The notes under the pieces were generated by a model. That model had not been told where the DNA came from. It did not search any database and saw only the letters and a list, made by a program, of their open reading frames with translations. The position numbers and the translations under genes are program-made. Shown one piece after another: positions 10,827-19,167 of a stretch of 19,167 nt of DNA; within the stretch, counting starts at the first letter, position 1; the number at the start of each line of letters is the position of its first letter. The DNA is from Octopus sinensis (taxonomy: Eukaryota), in assembly GCF_006345805.1 (NCBI RefSeq), contig NW_021824324.1, positions 1 to 19,167 on the forward strand, written 5' to 3'.

Positions 10827-10835
<9 letters not shown>
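10247..10835 (-). mobile_element. 547-bp hammerhead-containing unit with a 42-bp terminal direct repeat, between (TA)n tracts (solo PLE pLTR or retrozyme-like monomer)
   Basis: atttaaataatgag(t/a)gagataaattaatattaattttaatat at 10247-10288 and 10794-10835 (41/42 identical); HHR motif inside. Confidence 0.7.
10516..10592 (-). ncRNA. Type I hammerhead ribozyme motif (GUA site, cut predicted at plus-strand position 10522)
   Basis: Minus strand: aaugca-CUGAUGA-a-gcc..[long loop]..ggc-c-GAAA-cc-ga-gGUA-ugcauu. Stem I 6 bp perfect, stem III 3 bp with a 2-nt loop, A.C at 10.1-11.1. Confidence 0.78.
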
Positions 10836-10878
<43 letters not shown>

Positions 10879-10879
<1 letters not shown>

Positions 10880-11000
10880 ATTAGAAAAAAAGACCACCTT
10901 TAATCAATTCAATAATGAAAAATTAAATTACATCTAGAAATAGATGATGTAATTTAATTTTTCATTATTGAATTCATAAAAGATGGGGTTTTTTCTAATT
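10879..11000. repeat. Imperfect palindrome, arms about 55 bp, 11-nt spacer, flanked by (TA)n
   Basis: aattcaataatgaaaaattaaattacatc / gatgtaatttaatttttcattattgaatt is an exact 29-bp core; outer parts more diverged. Confidence 0.85.
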
Positions 11001-11094
11001 TATATATATATTTATATATATATTATTTTGTGAAATTTGATTTAGTATTTCTAAATTGAAAATTTCCCTGTAAGTTTGGAATAATATTCCCTCA

Positions 11095-11490
11095 CATTAT
11101 TATTATTATTCTATGTTTGACTTTTGCTTTACATTTGCACAAGCTGGCTCCAAGTCTCAATCAGAGACCTCAAGAGACAAATTAGAAGTTCCTGTTGATG
11201 TTATGCCTAGGGTACCATATCTTTGGTTTTGTACTTAGTGCTGTACTAGTCAATGCCTAAAGAACCATACGAAAATTATGTTTGTTTTAAAACATGAGAT
11301 TACATAGAAAGTATTTTGCGTAGGATATGAGAAGTTCCCATGAGCACTATCTTTTGAATTTCTGCCATTTTGCGGTTTCCTGGTATCTGAGTTAGGTAGC
11401 AATCAGCCCCTTTTGCAATCATTCCCAGGGCACCTATGACAACAGGTATTGTTTTACTCTTCAGGTTCCACATTTTGCTTATTTCTATTA
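11095..11490 (-). mobile_element. 3' end of an R4/Dong-like RLE non-LTR retrotransposon (ORF C-terminus, 3' UTR, (AAT)n tail)
   Basis: EISKMWNLKSKTIPVVIGALGMIAKG...AEIQKIVLMGTSHILRKILSM-stop (11300) matches the R4/Dong C-terminal pattern; (TTA)n at 11095-11110 is the tail on the minus strand. Confidence 0.82.
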
Positions 11491-11493
11491 TAT

Positions 11494-11552
<59 letters not shown>

Positions 11553-11792
11553 CACATATATGTGTGTGTGTGAGTGTATATATGCGTGTGTGCGCGCGCG
11601 TGTGTGTAAATGTAAGTGTATAGTGCTCTAAGTATACGTAAGTCAGAAAGCAAGGCATTCGCATAGTTTTCAGTACAATGGATGCTCTTTATACACTATT
11701 AACGATCCACTTCGGAAATGGTGTTATAATACTGCATATTTTATAACTATGTACACACACACTCACACACACTCACACATATGCGTTTACAT

Positions 11793-11838
<46 letters not shown>

Positions 11839-11930
11839 ATATATATAATATATAGATATATATATATATGCGTGTATGTGTTCGTATATGTGTGTGTATA
11901 TCTATATCTATATATATATATATATATAAG
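11490..11930. repeat. (TA)n/(TG)n/(CA)n microsatellite cluster with short unique interruptions
   Basis: Directly visible. Confidence 0.85.
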
Positions 11931-12191
11931 TTTAACAATTAAGGATAATCTCTTAATAAGGGATCTTAACAAGAAATTATCGGGTAGCTAGCGTGTGAAA
12001 ACCTCATAAAAGAAAAGAATTCGAAAAAATTTTTTTTTTCTTTTGAACAAATTAATTATATCTATATTGTATAGAGGGCATTATTACACATAAATGCCTC
12101 ACACTAGGAGGGACAAAGTCATTACTACCAAAATTATACTAATCATACCCAAATGCAGTTTTTCAAAGCAAGACATTTAAAAAATGAATTT

Positions 12192-12248
12192 AGTTCTGTA
12201 TCACCGTGATTTCACATTCAACTACGTCTAATGATCCTCAGCAGAACT
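12192..12248 (-). ncRNA. Type I hammerhead ribozyme motif (AUA site), left-arm mirror copy
   Basis: Minus strand: aguucug-CUGAGGA-u-cauu..aaug-u-GAAA-ucac-g-gugAUA-cagaacu. Confidence 0.72.
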
Positions 12249-12358
12249 GATTCTGAACACATCATAATAACTACCAACCTTACGTAGCGAAGACGAACAG
12301 TTGTCTGTTCGTCTTCGCTACGTAAGGTTGGTAGTTTATTTATGATGTGTTCAGAATC

Positions 12359-12418
12359 AGTTCTGCTGAGGATCATTAGACGTAAGTTGTGAATGTGAAA
12401 TCACGGTGATACAGAACT
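12359..12418 (+). ncRNA. Type I hammerhead ribozyme motif (AUA site, cut predicted after 12411)
   Basis: Stem I aguucug/cagaacu 7 bp perfect; CUGAGGA 12366-12372; stem II cauu/aaug with U.U at 10.1-11.1; GAAA 12397-12400; stem III AUCAC-G-GUGAU quasi-palindromic. Confidence 0.75.
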
Positions 12419-12626
12419 AAATTTCATTTTAAATGTCTTGCTTTGAAAAACTGCATTTGGGTATGATTAGTATAATTTTGGTAGTAATGACTTTGTCCTC
12501 CTAGTGTGAGGCATTTATGTGTAATAATGCCCTCTATACAATATATATAATATATATTATAGCGTGCGTGTGTGGTGTGTATGTGGGTGTGTGTGTGTGT
12601 GGGTTTGTATGCATGCATGTATGTAT

Positions 12627-12688
12627 GTCATTCTTCAGTTTTATTTCAAAAGAGAAAGAGCTGTTTTCTAAACTAGATCCACTCCTCC
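12627..12688 (-). repeat. Short interspersed repeat adjoining (TACA)n, copy 1
   Basis: Reverse complement ggatctagtttagaaaacagctctttt...ttgaaataaaactgaagaatgacatac aligns with 17535-17613. Confidence 0.6.
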
Positions 12689-13276
12689 TATGTATTCTTG
12701 TATGTTCTATTTTTTAATTGTTATGATTCTTCCACTGGGAAGGGACCCGGTTTCCAACAAAGATAGAAGGCTAAAGGTTTGGGATGTAGCTAACACAGAC
12801 AAATTCACACTTGAAACTTGAGAAAAGTTTTGCATATTGTTACTGTTCCACCCACTTATTGCACTTGTAATGTACGAATTATGTGGTCAATTTCTCTTTC
12901 TGAAAATCCCGTTTATCCAAATTCTCCTTTAAGCATTTACTAAGATAGCCTAGAACTCCAATTATCATTGGTATGAGTATGTATGTATGTTTGTATGTTT
13001 GTATATAAGAAGTGCTTTCAGGTCAGTTAGGTTAACACACAATGAGACTTTATGTGCGAATTTCCGTTTTATAAACGCGAAAACACGCAAATTTCTTTCC
13101 TACGTAATCGCAAAATCCTATCCAAACGATGAACAAAATTTCTTGAAGGAAGCTGCGTAATAAAATGACATGAATTCATATAAAACGCAAACCAAAATTG
13201 AAAGTAATTCCAATTCTATTTTGCTTTCGTATGCTCACAAATATCCAGCTATGTGCATGTGAATGTATGCGTGTGT

Positions 13277-13474
13277 GTATATGTATGTATGGATTCATAT
13301 ACCATTATATATAGGTACATATATATGCATATCTATGTTATATACTTTATATATTTATATATTATACCATATGCAGTATATGTATGTATGGATTCATATA
13401 CCATTATATATATGTACATATATATGCATATCTATGTTATATACTTTATATATTTATATATTATACCATATGCA
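13277..13474. repeat. 99-bp tandem duplication (13277-13375, 13376-13474)
   Basis: Two adjacent copies with one mismatch (ataggtac vs atatgtac). Confidence 0.92.
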
Positions 13475-13744
13475 TATGTGTGTGTGATTGTGTATACAGG
13501 CAGAAACACATAAACGCACACACGCACACCCACGCACATTCACACACGCACACATATATACGAACTGGATTCAGACTTTCCTTTCTCGTTCTATTCTGTA
13601 CAAGAATCTGTTTTCTGCATGTTTGCGAAACGTTACGACAATAATAGCATCGACTTTAATGTTGTTCACGTTCTTCATTGAAAATATTTTTTAAAAATCC
13701 AAATCTTTTCATCTCTAAGTATGTCTATTTGTACCCTTGAGATT

Positions 13745-14229
13745 ATACTCTCTCTCTCTCTCTCTCTCCCTCTCTCACTATATATATATGTATGTATATA
13801 TATATATATGTATATATAATATTATATATATATATTATTGTATATATGTATGTAGTATATATATAGTATATATGTATATATATGTAGTATATATATATAT
13901 ATATATATGTATGTATATATGTATATATATGTATATATGTATATATATGTAATATATATATATATGTATGTATATATATATATATATCTATATATATATA
14001 TATATTAATGTGTTGTGTGTATATATATATATATATATACATATATGTATATATGTATGTATATATGTATGTATGTATATATATATATATATATGTATAT
14101 ATATGTATATATTGTATATATAATATGTATGTATATATATATATATATGTATGTGTATATAAAATTGGATTTAATCCTAAATCTCATTTTTCCTGTAAGT
14201 TTGGATTTATTCCCTAATAATATTATTAT

Positions 14230-14293
<64 letters not shown>

Positions 14294-14295
14294 TT
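13745..14295. repeat. (CT)n followed by a long (TA)n/(TATG)n microsatellite with a 55-bp insert
   Basis: Directly visible. Confidence 0.92.
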
Positions 14296-14920
14296 CATTT
14301 AAAGTATCTAGTGTAAAATGTGAATCTTCTTATATAAGTTTTTCATTTTATGCAAGCAATTATAAGACATAATTACTTCACAGCTTTAAAATCTCGACTA
14401 AGTTTATTCTCCTTAGAAATTCACATTTTAGTTCAGTTTTCATTTTTTCTTACAACTTTAACGATAAAATAGATACAGTTTTTTATCATATTTTTATACC
14501 CTTCAATAAATCTTAAAAACACTTTATTTGTCAATAAAATCAGAATTCGTGCATTATAAAATATGGTACCAAAATATCCGTATTCAAATTTCAGGTTGTC
14601 ATGACACAACGCATAAAATATATTTCTCTTAAAACATCATTTAATTGAAAAGCAGTGAGATGTTTTATAATATTACGAAATGTTCCGCCACCCCAGAAAT
14701 TAGTAACTTATTTTTTGCAGTTATGTTTCTATAATGTTATATTTTACAAAGTTCTTACGTCATTGAAATCATGCAACCGTAAAATTCCGTCATTCAATTT
14801 TTCATTACGGAGTGTAATAAATGGATGAGGGTAAAAAGTTATTTTACTCTTAATTTATACAGTTATAAGAAAATGGAGGGGATCAAGAGGTGTATTCATC
14901 AACTTTCAGACATTATATTA

Positions 14921-15145
14921 TACTCTTTACTCTTTTACTTGTTTCAGTTATTTGACTGTGGCCATGCTGGAGCACCGCCTTTAGTCGAGCAAATCGAACC
15001 CGGGACTTATTCTTTGGAAGCCTAGCCCTTAATCCATCGGTGTCTTTTGCCGAAACGATAAGTAACGGGGACGTAATCACACCAGCATCGGTTGTCAAGC
15101 GATGTTTGGGGGACAAACAAAGAAACACCAATATATACACACACA

Positions 15146-15208
<63 letters not shown>

Positions 15209-15332
15209 TACGACGGGCTTCTTTCAGTTTCCGTCTACCAAATCCAATCACAAGGCTTTGGTCGGCCCAAGGCTATAGTAGAAGATATTGCCCAAGGTGC
15301 CACGCAGTGGGACTGAACCCAGAACCATGTGG
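14921..15332 (-). mobile_element. Family A SINE, truncated within the head
   Basis: Colinear with 7012-7461; ends at ccatgtgg, lacking the A-box region. Confidence 0.87.
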
Positions 15333-15472
15333 TAACCTAGCGGTTCGGCAGAAGTGACCGATAGAATAAGTACTAGGCTTACAAAGAATAAGTCCTGGGG
15401 GGCGATTTGCTCGACTAAAAGGCAGTGCCCCAGCATGGCCACAGTCAAATGACTGAAACAAGTAAAATAGTA
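15333..15472 (+). mobile_element. 3' portion of a family A SINE fused head-to-head to the previous copy
   Basis: gcggttcggcagaag...gcatggccacagtcaaatgactgaaacaagtaaaa is the reverse complement of about 14930-15065. Confidence 0.85.
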
Positions 15473-16021
15473 ACTCAGCAGCGAAAGCATCTCAAACTTT
15501 GTGATTTACCGGAATACCGACGACGCATTAGAAAAACAAAGTCTAATAAAAAAATTTCCTGCTAACTTTGCCGGAACAACGGTAAGATCAAAAACATGGA
15601 AATAATACTTTGATCGTTTGTGTAATCAGTTTTCTTTAGTTCCTTATCTTCAGTAGCTTTCAAAGTCCTCTTGATTACTGTTTATTGTGAAACCTCCTTG
15701 GTGGAATTAAAAACAGCTGGTAATAAATTAATATACAAAGTAAAGCTGTAGGCACTGATCAGACAACAACGTAAATGATTAAAGCTGATGAAGTTTAATT
15801 GCTCTTTATAATATAATCATTATTTACATTTCGGCTAGACAAGTGTAAGATCCTGCCGGGCTAGAAGAAAGCCATCAAGTGTCAGCATAAAAGAGAATGT
15901 GTTGACTGTTCTTGCAATATGAGACACAGACAGAGAAATGAATTTTATGCGAACTGTCGGCGAGGGCATCTGGCCAAACAACTTTAAACATTTGAACAGC
16001 ACTGGGTAGAATTCACGTCGA

Positions 16022-16290
16022 TTGGCGATCAACCAAGATAAATTGTTGCATAACAAAACTGACAACATTCTCTCCATCACACCCACCGATCTAATGTTTA
16101 AAGTTATCAACGATGGCGCTGGAGAGCACATGGAATCATGTGATGTTAATTACTGGAATATTAATACTCTTATATACACATCCGCTATGATTCTTAAAGA
16201 ACACCTAGGAGAAATCTACAATGAACAAAGTGACGAAATTACAAAGCAGAAACAACTAAAATAGAAAACAAAACTTGAAGAAAACATCAA
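16022..16290 (+). mobile_element. Probable N-terminal-region fragment of an R4/Dong-like LINE ORF
   Basis: WNINTLIYTSAMILKEHL...KQLK*KTKLEENI resembles the recalled R4/Dong pattern 'IN.LIYA.A...WK.RLE..I'; weak and read by eye. Confidence 0.4.
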
Positions 16291-16690
16291 CATTCATATT
16301 TTCTTTTCATTGTTCGACTGTGGTCAAGACAATGGAATTTACTATGTTACACCAGACCTCACGGTCCAACATAGCATAACGGAGGTCCTGTTGCTGGATG
16401 CCTGTATCCCTGGAGATTACATCAGGGTAGGAGAGTGTGTGCCCTCTGGTATCGCGAGCAGATGACTTCCAGAGGAGAAGAGTAGAAATTGCCTCGTTTT
16501 CAGCTCTACAACAATGTCCAGCAAACTGGACTATCCTACCTTTCACAAGAGATGATACAGGTGGTAATCTCCCATATATTTGTACTTTGCTTTGATGACG
16601 CTTCCACGAGAGATTTTGAGCTCCCATAAGGAGGCGAGTGTAAGTTCCATCCAACCGCCTCTCAACAACGTGCGACGCCATATTGGATGG
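16290..16690 (-). mobile_element. 5'-truncated RTE-clade (RTE-X-like) LINE, C-terminus of the RT ORF
   Basis: ERRLDGTYTRLLMGAQNLSWKRH...IYGRLPPVSSLVKGRIVQFAGHCCRA...LLLW...DTG...DLRYAMLDREVW; stop at 16307. Confidence 0.85.
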
Positions 16691-16898
16691 TTAACTACAA
16701 CAATAAAATGTAATGAGAAAATTTGAGTTTACACCTCACCAACTCTAGACAAAAATGAATGAATCTTTATGGCATCTCTTCACACAGAGCTTTTGGTGGG
16801 GAGCTGAACACTTTAAAACGTAAACTCGGGAGGTTGAGCGAGAGACTCCACTATCGCAAGAGAATTTTCAATCGCAAGTTTGCTTCCAGCCTACAAGC

Positions 16899-17090
16899 AT
16901 ATTCAGAAATCTGCAGTTGCTCTATCCAGATTACAAGTTCAAGTCCATACCTGTAATTATTGGAAAACTGGGATAGGTAACACACTGCCTAAGTACCAAT
17001 CTTCATAAATTAGGCTTTTCGAAGACAAGGGATTCAATCTACACTGAAACTGTAAAAATCTGAAAAAAACTTTCGAGGAGCTTATCATTT
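16899..17090 (+). mobile_element. C-terminal end of an R4/Dong-like RLE LINE, decayed
   Basis: Unlisted plus frame reads FRNLQLLYPDYKFKSIPVIIGKLG*VTHCLSTNLHKLGFSK...ETVKI*KKL, which fits the 'IP.IIGALG...L..LG...GTVKI' pattern. Confidence 0.6.
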
Positions 17091-17114
17091 AAATATATAT
17101 CAGCATGTCTAGAT

Positions 17115-17391
17115 ATGGAGCGGACTCGCTGTCGGAGGATCACGGTTTCGATTCCCACGCCGAGCGTTGTGTGTGTTTATTGAGCGAAAACATCTAAAGC
17201 TCCACAAGTTTCCGGCGGCAGGGGGTTGTGGCGACCCCTATTGTACTCTTTCGCTCCAAATTGCTCTCACTCTCTCTTCCTGTTTCTTGAGTAACGCTGC
17301 GATGAACTGGCGTCCTGTCCAGCTGGGGTGAACACATACGCCACAGAAACCGGGAAACCGGGCCCATGAGCCTGGCTAGGCTTGAAAAGGG
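17115..17391 (+). mobile_element. tRNA-derived SINE (family D), head partly decayed
   Basis: B-box-like ggtttcgattccc; gctgcgatgaactggcgtcctgtccag resembles V/Deu-type SINE domain ends; tail gaaaccgggcccatgagcctggctaggct. Confidence 0.7.
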
Positions 17392-17534
17392 TAGAAAAGA
17401 GAAATGCCTAGATATGCAACTATATGCATGAGATTACATACATAAAACAAGACATACAAATCTGCACATAGACATGCATTCATACAAACATACATACAAA
17501 CAAAAATACCCTGTTGTTGATGTTGAAATTTAAA

Positions 17535-17613
17535 TGAAGAAGTCTTGGATCTAGGTTAGAAACCGGCTCTTTCACTATTGTCAACAATTCTTGAAATAAA
17601 ACTGAACAATGAC
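17535..17613 (+). repeat. Short interspersed repeat between (TACA)n tracts, copy 2
   Basis: Homologous to 12627-12688. Confidence 0.6.
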
Positions 17614-17889
17614 ATACATACAAACATACATACATACATGCATACACATACATGCACAAACATATCAGTACAACACACAGCAATGAATTTCCAAGATGGT
17701 TGATTTCACGTTTCCGTTTCAATTACGAGATTTAAAAATATAAAAATTCGTTCTCTAACACAAAAGATTACGTAAAAAGTTATGACATTTTAAATTTTGA
17801 TGTTTTTATTATTATATATTTATCTAGAAAAGAAAGTTTTACTCTCCTCTCAATTTTAGTAAATAACTTTCACAGATATTTCAATCACT

Positions 17890-17985
17890 TTATTATATTA
17901 TATTATATTATATTATATCATATTATCTTATATTATATTATATTATATTGTTATATCATATTGTATTATATTATATATTATAATA
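17890..17985. repeat. (TATTA)n pentanucleotide microsatellite
   Basis: Directly visible. Confidence 0.93.
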
Positions 17986-18184
17986 TTCTATGCTGTATTG
18001 TATACACCACATGATATTATTATCATTATCGTCCTTGGTTTGTTTTCTTTTTTGAAGAAGTATTTTGTCATTATGGCTTTATTTGAAGGATTGTAACATT
18101 GTTCAGTAACGCCATTGTTTCTTTCAATGTGTCGTTTCAAAGTTTTCCGATATAATGTGTACGTAACATAATAAAACTGAAGAT

Positions 18185-18328
18185 ACAAATACATACATAC
18201 ATACACACACACACAAAAGAAAAAACACACACAAACACACGTAAACACACATGCATACATATGTCCATACTCATACATACGACATATGTGTACACTTGTG
18301 TTTGTGAATGTTTGCGTATATACATATA

Positions 18329-18385
<57 letters not shown>

Positions 18386-18588
18386 ATATATATATATATA
18401 TATACAGATAGAGAGATAGACAGACTGATTAAAAGGAGTGAGATGTATATATGTATACATATCACAGTATACAGAATATTATGCATATAATCCACAATAT
18501 ATATGTGTATGTAGCAGTATGCAAATGTATGTGTTGGTGTATGTATCTGTGTCTGTATGTATGTATATATATATATATATATATATGT

Positions 18589-18632
<44 letters not shown>

Positions 18633-19167
18633 ATATATATATATATGAGATCGAGAGAGAAGAGAGAGAGAGAGATAACAAAAAGTAGATGACAAAAGAA
18701 CGGGACTTACGTAATAACTTGCATTAGCTCACAGCTATTTCCACACTTTTGTGCATTTGAAGGTGGAAAAAAATGCCCGAAGACATATATATATACATGC
18801 ATGGCTACATACATACATATGTGTGCGCATTATGTATGAATATATGTATTCTTCTATGTATATGTATACTTATGTGCGACCGTATATATAGATATATATG
18901 CATAATATATATATATATATATATATATCATATATATATATATATATATGTACGTATATAATACATACATACACTGACACACACACTTTGTATACATATA
19001 TATATATATATATATAGCGCATACAAAAACACACCCACACACATGTATATTCCGAAGAAAACGCACAGGAACGTATATAAACGTGCAGACATAAAAAACA
19101 GATACCGACATATATCGATATAGACATATGTGTTCCAGTATCTACACATATGTGTGGGTCCGCACGT
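18185..19167. repeat. Extended (TA)n/(CA)n/(TG)n/(GA)n microsatellite-rich tract
   Basis: Directly visible, with short unique interruptions. Confidence 0.85.

Larger units (their letters stand above)
12063..12545. repeat. Long palindrome, arms about 238 and 241 bp (12063-12300, 12305-12545), 4-nt loop TTGT
   Basis: Arms are reverse complements with about 7 small indels and no substitutions seen. Confidence 0.95.

Noticed and set aside
14330-14830. Possible old DNA-transposon fragment (also 13020-13250 and 17680-17800)
   Set aside because: No TIRs, TSDs, coding motifs or second copy identifiable by eye.
15620-15660. Minus-strand CUGAAGA...GAAA
   Set aside because: No stem I or stem II pairing.
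15785-15880. CTGATGA on plus and CGAAAT-GTAA-ATA on minus as a possible further hammerhead
   Set aside because: The boxes are on opposite strands; no matching CUGANGA with stem I on the minus strand and no GAAA on the plus strand.
13253-19149. Many ORFs rich in Y/I/M/C/V/H/T
   Set aside because: They are translations of (TA)n, (CA)n and (TG)n tracts, which lack stop codons in some frames; not proteins.

Overview
Very AT-rich, microsatellite-dense eukaryotic DNA. The SINE and mariner-MITE families resemble those I recognise from Octopus genomes (inference). No intact host gene is supported; most listed ORFs are translations of (TA)n/(CA)n tracts or of SINEs. Transposon content: a frameshifted Penelope-like (PLE) reverse transcriptase on the minus strand (1-1415), two R4/Dong-like LINE remnants, an RTE-type LINE 3' end, about 11 tRNA-derived SINE copies or fragments and a mariner-derived MITE. 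The main unannotated signal is a cluster of type I hammerhead ribozyme (HHR) motifs, read by eye. Five have both core boxes and flanking stems (3306-3367 minus, 3392-3454 plus with a G12A change, 10516-10592 minus, 12192-12248 minus, 12359-12418 plus), and there is a 3' half at 2436-2447. Four of the five form divergent mirror pairs inside long fold-back palindromes next to (TA)n tracts. The fifth sits in a 547-bp unit with a 42-bp terminal direct repeat. All alignments and folds were done manually and need computational confirmation.
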